A stretch of 64,000 nt of DNA from a phage: the sequence record NC_135729.1; one strand, written 5' to 3'. Under the pieces are notes generated by a model. That model made no database searches. It was not told the origin of the DNA and was given only the letters and a program-made list of their open reading frames with translations. Shown here one piece after another: positions 18,878 through 27,820 of this stretch; the stretch's first letter is position 1, and each line of letters begins with the position of its first letter. The position numbers and the translations under genes are program-made.

Positions 18878-20082
18878 TACGCCTCCTCGTAAAGAATGTC
18901 GATAGTGTTACCGTCTCGGTCAACCACGTATTCAATCGGGTCTCCGTCCTTGCGTGCTTCCGGAGCTACCACAATCTCATAGCGGCATGCACGGCACTTA
19001 GCGCTATTGTGTTGGTATGGCACACTAACCACATCTGCAGGGTCAACCATGACAGTCATTACAGTGCCGTAGCTCTTTGCATACTCCTTGCTGGCGCAGT
19101 GTAAGCCATAGGAGCACGCAGCTTCAGGATCATCCTCTACAAAGTTACGAGGCATGGATACAAAAGCACCCTGGTATTGTGGAACTTTACCACTGTGCCA
19201 ATCCACCCACTTGCTGCCGTTAAACTGAACCCCTTTGTAGCAAATGATTCGACCATCTTCTGCAATCTGGATATCGTTGGCCTGCATAAAATCGTAGAGC
19301 ATGTTTACAGATTTTGCAGAAGGATTGCGTAGCAGGCGAACGAGGAATTTCACATAGCGGTCATCCAGGGTTCCGTCTGCATAGTCTTTCTCAATTTTCT
19401 TTGCAATGGTGGATCGCATCTCTACACCGTAGTAGTAGAGCTTACCATCTTTCATGATCAGGTTGTCTGCAAGTGTGGTGAACTCATTCTTGCGTTCCAG
19501 CCAGACAAGGATTTCACCAATTGCCTCATCATATTCCTGAACAGAGATATGGTCGAAGACTTTCTGGTAAACTTCCTCACTTTCGCTGCGGCGAATTTCA
19601 AAAATGCCTTCGTTGCAGGTGATCTGGAGGAGTTCCCCACAAATAACTACTAAAGGCTCGATGCTTCGAGTCTGTTGCTGAGACACACTGCTAACCACCT
19701 CCAGCACCGGGTCTTTGACTTCTACTAAAGGTTCTTCTGACTTGATTGCCACCCCAGTGAACCCCACACCGTGAACAACACACAGTGGGTATACCACGCC
19801 CCAACGTTTAACGGAACCTTCGCCTAAGTCTAAGATCATGGCGTACTTACCATTATCTTCCAGCCCATATCGAAATAGACGAGCCTCTTCACGGGTTTCA
19901 AAATCCTCACGGGTGTAGCAGACGCTGTCACGGTCAGGATCGAACAATTCTGGGGCACCCACTGCCAGTGTCCAGGTTGTGTCACCTTTCTCAATGGCAC
20001 ATGTGAAACCCTTCTTCTCAAGTTCTGCACGGCGGTCTCGTGCTTCTTTACGAGTTTTGAAATGTTCGTAGATGAAAATCAT
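18877..20082 (-). CDS. putative rIIB-like protein (by position next to rIIA-like gene)
   Basis: 401-aa ORF immediately downstream of the GHKL ATPase; no motif recognised, assignment by synteny only. Confidence 0.3.
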   Translation of the reverse strand: MIFIYEHFKTRKEARDRRAELEKKGFTCAIEKGDTTWTLAVGAPELFDPDRDSVCYTREDFETREEARLFRYGLEDNGKYAMILDLGEGSVKRWGVVYPLCVVHGVGFTGVAIKSEEPLVEVKDPVLEVVSSVSQQQTRSIEPLVVICGELLQITCNEGIFEIRRSESEEVYQKVFDHISVQEYDEAIGEILVWLERKNEFTTLADNLIMKDGKLYYYGVEMRSTIAKKIEKDYADGTLDDRYVKFLVRLLRNPSAKSVNMLYDFMQANDIQIAEDGRIICYKGVQFNGSKWVDWHSGKVPQYQGAFVSMPRNFVEDDPEAACSYGLHCASKEYAKSYGTVMTVMVDPADVVSVPYQHNSAKCRACRYEIVVAPEARKDGDPIEYVVDRDGNTIDILYEEA

Positions 20083-20092
20083 AGCGGTCTCC

Positions 20093-22075
20093 TTATTTGG
20101 TGTTATTCTTTGTGTCGATCAGTTCACGGTATTCAATCATAGCAGGAGTGTCCCAATATTTCAAGCCTACATGCTTCAAAAGTGGGTATTTCTTTTCCAA
20201 TCTTGCAATATAGGCCTTCCCGCATTTAACTCGGTTGGCGATTAAGATTTTGGCACGATGATTTAGCTCACTGTGCTTCCACGTGGTGTTACCTTCCCAC
20301 TTGTGGAAATGTGGCCGATAATTTCCAAAATCTTGCATGGGAATAATTTTCCCTAATTGTCTATACAGGCTGTCATAAGAAGTCTCATTTGCTGCACGGG
20401 TCAGTAAGAATTTCCAAGCATCCTCTTTCAACAGGTGCTCCACATTCTTCTCTGTAACATACTGGCAATCAGGATCAGTCCAAAGCAGACGAGATTCAGA
20501 TACCAGATACAGATCTTCACCTTCAGGAATCTGAAGTGCCGCACGCACACGGTCATAATCTTGCTGGTAGATGTTACTCATCTGCCCCAGCCAACAACTT
20601 CCACGTTGGATATCACCCTCATAAGGGATGCAGTGTTTAATCTTCCGGAACTCTGCCTTAGTAATACGCTCACGGCGGAAGTAACCATCCTTCTCAAGTT
20701 TTTTAACCCAATAGCCCGGCTCATAACGAGTTTTTGTTTCACCTTTCTTGACAGGTCGGCGAGGGAGCTCTGATAACAATTTGACCGTATCTGCAAAGAA
20801 CGGGTGGTGTGCCGCTTCTTTAAACTCTTCCACCAGATCCGTGTTACGGCAATAGAAAACGTTGCGTCCGGTGATCTCGCTTAAGTAGTTACACTTATTC
20901 CGGTTATATTTGCCGTCTCCGTCGTTAAATACAAGGTATACACCTCGTAAGAACTCCGACTTTCCGTAACGAGCATAGCCTATGCGGCCTTTATTTAAGC
21001 CGCCAGCGAAAATTTCACAATCGCCTAAGTCGCCAAGCCCTGTTTCTTCCCAACGGTTCCACATAAAGTTCTTGCCGAAGATGTGTCCGAACACTCCACT
21101 ATTCTTCATCATTTCACGTGCTTCTGCGGAGGTTTTTGCCGTCTCCAGTTCTGCAACAACTTCTGCCCCGCGAAGACGTATACCTTCTTTGACAAATGCC
21201 TCCAGGCGATCCTGGAATCCACCGTCGTCATGGCCCTCTATGGTCCATTCACGCCCAGGGTTAATATTGCAATCCCCAATAGGAATTTCCACGCAGATTG
21301 CAGGGTAATCGGTCAATGTCTCCAGGAACTTGGAGCGGTAAGGTTGGTGACCCATCACAACACGGCTCTCATCAGAACTGGTATAACCTTTCAGGATGGT
21401 CATTTTCCAGCCATCCTTCTCGTAATGATACTGTGCCTCAACCTTGTCACCTTCTAACATCTTACTGGTCATGGGATCGGTGACGATGAACGGAAACTTC
21501 GCATAGCGTAAGCACGATGCAATAGCAGTGCGATATTTCAGGACATGCTCTTTCTTAACATGGAACTGAACTTTTACCCCGTTGTGCTCTTCAGTCTTCC
21601 GCTCGCGGATCTTGGTAACGTTTGGGATACCCTGATCCAAGAACAATAGATATGTGCTTTCAATACCATTGTGCACACTGATAACATCGAAAGTGTCCAC
21701 CATGCTGAACGGAGCCTTTGAACCAACACCTTTATTGCCAACCAGAGCGTTGCTGTTGCGCTTGGTTGACTCACCGAGGTTCATGAAAGTGTTGCGGACC
21801 ATCTCTTCTGACATGCCCAATCCAACGTCCTGCACAAAGAAGTATGGTTCAAGGTCTGTAGGAGAGTGAATAATGATCGGCACATCACCCCGTCCAGACT
21901 CAACATGAGAGTCCACAGCATTGAAGATTGGTTCACGGCAGCTTGCCAGCACCTTATCTTCGTAAATCCCTTTAATGATTAGCCCAAAAGTCTCTTTGTT
22001 AAGAGAAATTGAGCCCCTGGTGACCTCCATATTTCCGGTTAGCACTGCTTTAGTTTCATTACTGTTTACAATCAT
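20093..22075 (-). CDS. rIIA: rIIA-like protein with N-terminal GHKL (HATPase_c) ATPase domain
   Basis: Bergerat-fold boxes: N-box REPIFNAVDS, G1 DVGLGMS, G2 GNKGVGSKAPF; 660 aa, comparable to T4 rIIA. Confidence 0.55.
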   Translation of the reverse strand: MIVNSNETKAVLTGNMEVTRGSISLNKETFGLIIKGIYEDKVLASCREPIFNAVDSHVESGRGDVPIIIHSPTDLEPYFFVQDVGLGMSEEMVRNTFMNLGESTKRNSNALVGNKGVGSKAPFSMVDTFDVISVHNGIESTYLLFLDQGIPNVTKIRERKTEEHNGVKVQFHVKKEHVLKYRTAIASCLRYAKFPFIVTDPMTSKMLEGDKVEAQYHYEKDGWKMTILKGYTSSDESRVVMGHQPYRSKFLETLTDYPAICVEIPIGDCNINPGREWTIEGHDDGGFQDRLEAFVKEGIRLRGAEVVAELETAKTSAEAREMMKNSGVFGHIFGKNFMWNRWEETGLGDLGDCEIFAGGLNKGRIGYARYGKSEFLRGVYLVFNDGDGKYNRNKCNYLSEITGRNVFYCRNTDLVEEFKEAAHHPFFADTVKLLSELPRRPVKKGETKTRYEPGYWVKKLEKDGYFRRERITKAEFRKIKHCIPYEGDIQRGSCWLGQMSNIYQQDYDRVRAALQIPEGEDLYLVSESRLLWTDPDCQYVTEKNVEHLLKEDAWKFLLTRAANETSYDSLYRQLGKIIPMQDFGNYRPHFHKWEGNTTWKHSELNHRAKILIANRVKCGKAYIARLEKKYPLLKHVGLKYWDTPAMIEYRELIDTKNNTK

Positions 22076-22572
22076 TTATTGCGCTCCTTGTAGTAGATAT
22101 GACTCCCGAATTGAGCTGTCCTCTGCATCTTTTTTGCCCATTTCGGTCGTACTTTGGTTGTATGGTAGTGTGTTGCTCCACCTGTTATGTCCATAGCCAT
22201 GTATGCAACATGGTTGTTATTATAGACCTTTAGAAGCATCTTTGCAAGACTTTTAGCGTGATCCCATGAATCTTTTTCTGTCACCTTAAAAGTTTTGCCG
22301 TGGTTTGTCCACGAAAACTGGTTAGGTTGGTAGACAATCTTTCTTATAGTGTCTGGGTATTTGGGGTGAGATTTCCTGTTTAGTGTGGCAAACCCTGATG
22401 CCAGCATACCCATCGTGCCATCCCCTCTAGCCTCCCTGTAGATATTGCATGCCAGAATGTTTTCCTTAGTATCTGAGGGCTTGCAAGTATGATATACTTT
22501 TTGTTTTGGTGCTGCAACAACAGGCAGCGATAAAAATGCGCTCAAAATAATAGCAAAGATCTTAATTTTCAC
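22072..22572 (-). CDS. secreted cell-wall hydrolase, SleB/Hydrolase_2 family (candidate lysin)
   Basis: signal peptide MKIKIFAIILSAFLSLPVVAAP; family signature CNIYREARGDG...ATLNRKSHPKYPDTIRKIVYQPNQFSW. Confidence 0.75.
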   Translation of the reverse strand: MKIKIFAIILSAFLSLPVVAAPKQKVYHTCKPSDTKENILACNIYREARGDGTMGMLASGFATLNRKSHPKYPDTIRKIVYQPNQFSWTNHGKTFKVTEKDSWDHAKSLAKMLLKVYNNNHVAYMAMDITGGATHYHTTKVRPKWAKKMQRTAQFGSHIYYKERNK

Positions 22573-22582
22573 AATAACTCCA

Positions 22583-22610
22583 AATAGAAAATCCCCGCCG
22601 AAGCGGGGGA
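22583..22610 (-). terminator. rho-independent terminator
   Basis: minus-strand CCCCGC-TTCG-GCGGGG hairpin followed by ATTTTCTATTT; same hairpin at 48721-48736. Confidence 0.65.
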
Positions 22611-22621
22611 GGTCTTAGAAA

Positions 22622-23002
22622 TTAATCGTAGTGTGCCAAAATCTCTCCATCGTTGCAAGTTCCCTCTACAAAGTTATGAAGATTCATGCACTCATCTTGA
22701 TAGAAGAATTTACCGCTTTTCAGCCGTAAGCCAAACAACTCCGCATCTCCACGATGGCAAGCCTCTACAAGTTCATAGATTTCATACGGCAACTCTCCGT
22801 CGTCATGGAAGAACCCAGCCTTATCGTTGACATAGATGAAGAAATAATCACTGCTATCGCAAGCGTCCAATATTTTAAACCAGATTTCATCTACATCTTT
22901 TTCTCGGATATCAATCACGCAAGTGGAGCTGCATTCGTACTCCTTCTCCGGCTCCTCGGTCAATACCACCCGGTAATTTCCCCGCTTACCTACTTTAGCC
23001 AT
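22622..23002 (-). CDS. hypothetical protein
   Basis: 126-aa ORF. Confidence 0.4.
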   Translation of the reverse strand: MAKVGKRGNYRVVLTEEPEKEYECSSTCVIDIREKDVDEIWFKILDACDSSDYFFIYVNDKAGFFHDDGELPYEIYELVEACHRGDAELFGLRLKSGKFFYQDECMNLHNFVEGTCNDGEILAHYD

Positions 23003-23011
23003 ACAACCCCC

Positions 23012-24196
23012 TTAAGCTTTAGCTAAAATGGCGCTAAACTCTTCACCAAACTCTTTTACAATCTTCATCAGGTTTGGGTACGCTTTGATCAGTTGAGCAA
23101 CGATCTTGTCACGCCCTTTACCGATAAGCAAGGCATTTCCTAAGGCGTTAGGTTTCATCATCGCCATAAAGACTGAGAATACAAAATCTCGGTTCTCGTC
23201 CTTGAAATTTTCCCAAAGGAAATCGAGGAAGTTTGCCACACAGCTAACAAGATCTTCGTCAGAGATACTTGCATTTTCCATCATATTACGAATAGCGATA
23301 CAACCTTCAGACCCAAGAATCCACAAGATGTCTGGCTGCTTAGGCCCTACGTATTCTTTGCAACCCCCTGCCATAATCCGACCGATTTCCGGTAAATTGC
23401 GTTTCTTGGTGTGGTAGGTCCAGATCTCTACCGCTGCAGTGTGACCAATAGCACCTTGCAGAAGAACACGGGCCATAGCGTCAGAAATAATACCGCTGTC
23501 AAAATCGTGCAGGATATCAGATGCAGCAACCCAAGATCGCGGTGTGGCAAAAGATGGGCAATTAATCTCAGCCATAGCCTCATAATTATCAATAGCTGAC
23601 GGAACTCTTTTCAGATACCCAATTACAGAGGAGTGCACTCCATTAAGGAATGCGTAGTCCTCAATAAACACCTCTGCATTGCTTGTAACTTCTACAATGA
23701 TAAAACGGTTAGCCAGAGGGGCTTCAAGCGCCGAAAGAACCGCACCATCTGTAGAACGGTTACCTGCAGCTACAAAAACAGAGCCCTTAGGGAATGCATA
23801 GGTGCCGCACTTGTGGTCGAGCATAATTTGCATTGCAACCTTTTGCAGGTAACTATCTGCATGAGTAAGCTCATCCAGAAATATAATTCCGCTCCAGTCC
23901 GGATCTGCAGGCCAGAATTCTGGAATTGCAAACACTGTACGTGCAGTTCCATCCGCTTCTACAGGGATAGGTAGCCCAGATAAGTCGGCAGGATCTTTAT
24001 CTGACAGTCGCACGTCAACCAGGTTGTCATCTCGCTCACCGAACATATTATCGGCGATCTGCTTCATCACCTGGCTCTTCCCCACGCCCATTGGTCCTAA
24101 AATCAGGACAGATCGGTTATGACGTTGGGCAAACTGAATGATAGCTGGCAACTCACGGACAGTGATTTGACCACTTTCAAATACGTTTCTTGACAT
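23012..24196 (-). CDS. AAA+ ATPase, MoxR-like (AAA_5)
   Basis: Walker A LILGPMGVGKSQ; Walker B IIFLDELTHA; sensor-1-like VFVAAGN; LANRFIIVEV. Confidence 0.75.
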   Translation of the reverse strand: MSRNVFESGQITVRELPAIIQFAQRHNRSVLILGPMGVGKSQVMKQIADNMFGERDDNLVDVRLSDKDPADLSGLPIPVEADGTARTVFAIPEFWPADPDWSGIIFLDELTHADSYLQKVAMQIMLDHKCGTYAFPKGSVFVAAGNRSTDGAVLSALEAPLANRFIIVEVTSNAEVFIEDYAFLNGVHSSVIGYLKRVPSAIDNYEAMAEINCPSFATPRSWVAASDILHDFDSGIISDAMARVLLQGAIGHTAAVEIWTYHTKKRNLPEIGRIMAGGCKEYVGPKQPDILWILGSEGCIAIRNMMENASISDEDLVSCVANFLDFLWENFKDENRDFVFSVFMAMMKPNALGNALLIGKGRDKIVAQLIKAYPNLMKIVKEFGEEFSAILAKA

Positions 24197-24504
24197 TAGT
24201 AAAAGTCCTCTACTTGTGTGTAAGTGTTTTCAAAGTTTTCCAAAACAGATGCCACATCGGATCTGTCAATATCGTACACAACTTCCCAGTTGTATGCAAC
24301 CCTTTCTGCTGTTGCTTCTTCAGGACTTAGCCGTCTACTGGGGTGAAAGAATGTTGGGGTACACCTTCTTAGTTGTCTTCCGGTTTTCCCATAACAATAT
24401 CTGTGGATAACTTTGTCAAAATTTAACTCTTTTTCTGCACAAAGTTCGTGTTTCTGGTATAACATGTTTATTACTCTTCTAAGCGGCATCCCTGCCACCA
24501 CCAC
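24196..24504 (-). CDS. hypothetical protein
   Basis: 102-aa ORF. Confidence 0.35.
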   Translation of the reverse strand: MVVAGMPLRRVINMLYQKHELCAEKELNFDKVIHRYCYGKTGRQLRRCTPTFFHPSRRLSPEEATAERVAYNWEVVYDIDRSDVASVLENFENTYTQVEDFY

Positions 24505-24507
24505 CTG

Positions 24508-24888
24508 CTAGAATGCAGTTCGAATCCAGACAAGGTTCTTATCTGCCCAATCATAGAGGCAAGTCATTGCGCTATTGAATTGCTCACACGGAGGATAATC
24601 TTCTTCCATCTGGCGCATAGCAGAGCCTTGTGGGTAAAGCTCCCGTGCTGCAAGCCACGCATCGTAGTCATCCACGGTATCGAAGTAGTATACAACATCC
24701 TCCAACTCAGGATCGAACTTTGAATTATCAGGATCCAGTTGTTCAGGGAACTTGGAGCGTAACTTGCCAGCCACAATGCTTGCCAACTCGCTAACATGCT
24801 TATTGTCCCACTCTACTAGTTTCCCGTCTTCAGCGATGCGTCCTAACCACTGATCATGAAGGTCAACTGTTGTCTTCCACCGGGCCAT
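24508..24888 (-). CDS. hypothetical protein
   Basis: 126-aa ORF. Confidence 0.4.
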   Translation of the reverse strand: MARWKTTVDLHDQWLGRIAEDGKLVEWDNKHVSELASIVAGKLRSKFPEQLDPDNSKFDPELEDVVYYFDTVDDYDAWLAARELYPQGSAMRQMEEDYPPCEQFNSAMTCLYDWADKNLVWIRTAF

Positions 24889-24890
24889 TA

Positions 24891-25148
24891 TCAGTCCACC
24901 TCTTCTTCTCGTTGCAGTTCAAGATACCCGTAGGTCTGGATATCTTCAAGGGTGTGGAAATCCCCATCTGCCGCTAAGGCACGAACAACTTGGCACAAAA
25001 CCTTATGAGGAACTTCATCCAGACCAAGATTCAGTGCAGGAAACACCTTATCTAAGTCAACAAAATAAACGAACTGTAGCTCACCAGCTTCAAAAGGTGT
25101 ATCTTCAATAAACATCTTCTCGGCATTAGTCAAGATCTGCACTTTCAT
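24891..25148 (-). CDS. hypothetical protein
   Basis: 85-aa ORF. Confidence 0.35.
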   Translation of the reverse strand: MKVQILTNAEKMFIEDTPFEAGELQFVYFVDLDKVFPALNLGLDEVPHKVLCQVVRALAADGDFHTLEDIQTYGYLELQREEEVD

Positions 25149-25525
25149 TATTCTGCCTCCTCTTCTTTTTCTTCGGCGTTAGTTTCAGTGCTACCCCACT
25201 CTGGAGTTTCCACCCCGATAGTAAACTCACGCACTACACGGTAATTGCCCATGAAGCGCTCCACCTCGTCAAGGCTTATGGCGAGGCCATTGGAAACCAG
25301 GTCTGCAGCACCCTCTTCTACCAGATAGTCCAGATTGGCTTCCAAAGCTTCAGGCTCGAACCCTGTCAATGCAATCAGATAACCTTCCCCTTCATCAGGG
25401 AGGACAATACAGCCCAATTGATTTTCTTTAAAAAGGCAGTGACCATCATTATTGATTGGGTGTTCATTGCAGTAAATAGCTGCACGATAAGTAACTTTAG
25501 ACATCGGTAAGGTCTCCTTAGGCAA
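25148..25525 (-). CDS. hypothetical protein
   Basis: 125-aa ORF, acidic C-terminus. Confidence 0.35.
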   Translation of the reverse strand: MPKETLPMSKVTYRAAIYCNEHPINNDGHCLFKENQLGCIVLPDEGEGYLIALTGFEPEALEANLDYLVEEGAADLVSNGLAISLDEVERFMGNYRVVREFTIGVETPEWGSTETNAEEKEEEAE

Positions 25526-25808
25526 TTGTCATTTTACATTCTTGAAATTTTAACACAAGACGGTGATTGTGTCTAGTGTCTAAAAAGATTTTTTCAACCA
25601 TCAGGCACACGGTATAACCGTCCATCTTGTTGACAACAAAATCTCCAGGATGAGGGAGGATGTCTCCCGGATTGGGGAAACATAGTCCACTCAGAAAGGC
25701 ATCGTCAGTGGTGGACTTAATAGATTTCCACACACTGTCTGCCTGAACATGTTCACCGACGTAATATACATTACCACATGCCTTCATCATAGTCAAACCC
25801 TCGCACAA
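25518..25808 (-). CDS. hypothetical protein
   Basis: 96-aa ORF. Confidence 0.35.
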   Translation of the reverse strand: MCEGLTMMKACGNVYYVGEHVQADSVWKSIKSTTDDAFLSGLCFPNPGDILPHPGDFVVNKMDGYTVCLMVEKIFLDTRHNHRLVLKFQECKMTIA

Positions 25809-26692
25809 ATTAAACTTGTATCAGTATACTTCTTTAATGGGTAAATATCCTGTCCATAGATGCAATCATTAAACACCTCATCTACCCAAAGGCTACACTT
25901 ATATCCCATCATTTCTAAAACGCCCATCTCTTCTTCGGTGAACTTATCACCGCTCTTGCAAGATGTCAATACCTCATTCTGTACTCTTGCTACCTCGAAG
26001 CGGTTATTGGCAATATCACTATTGGCAATCAAATACTCACCTAAAGGGTGTGCAGCATTAAAGATGCACAGTGGACGGTTGACGTAATAGTCTCCCGGTG
26101 TATAAAAATTGTTGAGATCCTTCACCAGAACATTCTTATCAGTCACTTCATTTATAACATCATGCATATCACACATCTTTATATGTTTGAGGATTCCATC
26201 CCCCATCACAAAATAAAAACTTGCTGAGACACTCTCGGCATAGATCTTACTAGATCCGTTGTAGTTGTATTTTACGCGAATGCTTACAGGGGTTTTGCCT
26301 GTCGCGTTAGCCATCATCCAAAGGAACGGAAGTTCAAACCTCTCCTCTGAGGAAACAAAAGGTGAAGTTGCCAGAGATCGGAAACCTCCAGAAAAGTTGA
26401 AAGTTACAGAGCCGCTCCGGCGATATGATACCGCATATTCTACTTTTATATCGACGTACCCATTGGAATAGGTGTGTCCTTCATTATCTAAATATGTCCA
26501 CTTATCAGATCCGGATACCAGCCTACGCTCAATAACCTTCATTACTATAGGAATTAGCGGGTTGGTACAAACCGATTTTGAAGTAGCTTTATCATCTAAA
26601 GCCTCGTAAATTGCAGAAAGGATGTCTCCAGCTGAAAGATTGGTTGTTATATCCTGTTGCCACCGCGTACTAAAACTGTTAAGATTTGCCAT
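25793..26692 (-). CDS. hypothetical protein (first gene of leftward operon)
   Basis: 299-aa ORF; GGAG RBS; directly downstream of the divergent promoter. Confidence 0.45.
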   Translation of the reverse strand: MANLNSFSTRWQQDITTNLSAGDILSAIYEALDDKATSKSVCTNPLIPIVMKVIERRLVSGSDKWTYLDNEGHTYSNGYVDIKVEYAVSYRRSGSVTFNFSGGFRSLATSPFVSSEERFELPFLWMMANATGKTPVSIRVKYNYNGSSKIYAESVSASFYFVMGDGILKHIKMCDMHDVINEVTDKNVLVKDLNNFYTPGDYYVNRPLCIFNAAHPLGEYLIANSDIANNRFEVARVQNEVLTSCKSGDKFTEEEMGVLEMMGYKCSLWVDEVFNDCIYGQDIYPLKKYTDTSLICARV

Positions 26693-26728
26693 GAGTGCTC
26701 CTATGTTAGTTTTCTTTCGAATGGGTGC

Positions 26729-26757
26729 ACTATATCGGAGATTTAGAGTAAAGTCAA
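26729..26757 (-). promoter_or_regulatory. sigma70-like promoter (leftward)
   Basis: minus strand TTGACT (plus 26752-26757) - 17 nt - TATAGT (plus 26729-26734). Confidence 0.45.
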
Positions 26758-26770
26758 CACGTTTTTGATG

Positions 26771-26799
26771 TTGACATCTGTTGAGACAATTGATAAGAT
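26771..26799 (+). promoter_or_regulatory. sigma70-like promoter (rightward)
   Basis: TTGACA (26771-26776) - 17 nt - TAAGAT (26794-26799); its -35 and the leftward -35 are the two arms of the inverted repeat GTCAACA-N9-TGTTGAC (26753-26776). Confidence 0.5.
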
Positions 26800-26830
26800 T
26801 TCTTCACTTACAGAGCACGAGAGACAACTC

Positions 26831-27808
26831 ATGAATCTTGAAAAATATTATACACCAGAAGAGTTAGAGCGCCTGCTCAAAAAATATAGACGCAAACAGA
26901 ATAATGCACGGAAACGAGATATAGAGTTCGACCTGTCGTGGGAAGAATACCTACTATTTGGTAAAAAACTTTTAGGGGAAGGGGTATGCGACTACACCCT
27001 TATACCTTTCGACATGCACACAGATGAAAACGGACTGGGAAATCCTTTCTATCCATCTCTGGAGCGGATAGATGATGAAGGTCCTTACGCAATTGATAAT
27101 TGTTGTGTGGTAGGGTTGAGGTGCAACGCTCTGAAGGACTGTCTGGTAGATAAAAAGACTGCAATATTGATAAAAGACAAAACTGATCGAAAAATTGTCC
27201 AGCAGATGATGCTCCACCTGAGCGAAGAGCGTATGGAGAAATTGAAAGGTGATTATACTTTCGAAGATTTCATCTTGCAATACGGGACAGAAGAAGATAA
27301 ACTAGCACTTTTTGACGAAGAGGAAGAAGATATGTCACCAATGCAGGACTTTAAAAATTTCATGGCTGATCGTGCAGCCAACAAACACATTTCAGATATC
27401 GTAAACGAAACTGTGACAGAAGAAATTGAAGAACAGAACTCTGAAGAGGAAAAAGAGCCTCAGGAGGTCGAAGAGGAGATTGCAGAAGAGGTTCCTGCAC
27501 TGCCTGATGATGTTGAGGTTGCTAAGGCTTACACTTTCTATTGTCAAACGTTCTACGATGCAGGTATGAAAGTTGATCTGTCGTTCAGCCAATTTAAGAG
27601 TTCATATATTCGCAAATGCTGTGCTTTAACTGGTGAACGTCTCGGAGCTGGACTTAAACCGCTGTTGGTGACCGACTGGAATAAAGGTTTCACTAAAGGA
27701 AACTTTATGGTAGTATCTCCAATTATGGAAAAAGCCATGACGGATCTTATGAAGACCACTCGCATGACAATGACTGAGTTGGCAGGTATTTTCAAACACG
27801 TTAAATAA
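26831..27808 (+). CDS. protein with two degenerate HNH-like (DRID-type) modules and an acidic linker
   Basis: N-module PSLERIDDEGPYAIDNCCVVGLRCNALKD and C-module KPLLVTDWNKGFTKGNFMVVSPIMEKAM both resemble [28 protein letters not shown] of the HNH endonuclease at 4306-4929; acidic stretch EEEEDMSP...EEIEEQNSEEEKEPQEVEEE; ATG at 26831 preferred over the TTG at 26765 that lies inside the promoter. Confidence 0.4.
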   Translation: MNLEKYYTPEELERLLKKYRRKQNNARKRDIEFDLSWEEYLLFGKKLLGEGVCDYTLIPFDMHTDENGLGNPFYPSLERIDDEGPYAIDNCCVVGLRCNALKDCLVDKKTAILIKDKTDRKIVQQMMLHLSEERMEKLKGDYTFEDFILQYGTEEDKLALFDEEEEDMSPMQDFKNFMADRAANKHISDIVNETVTEEIEEQNSEEEKEPQEVEEEIAEEVPALPDDVEVAKAYTFYCQTFYDAGMKVDLSFSQFKSSYIRKCCALTGERLGAGLKPLLVTDWNKGFTKGNFMVVSPIMEKAMTDLMKTTRMTMTELAGIFKHVK

Positions 27809-27820
27809 TGACAGGGGCCA

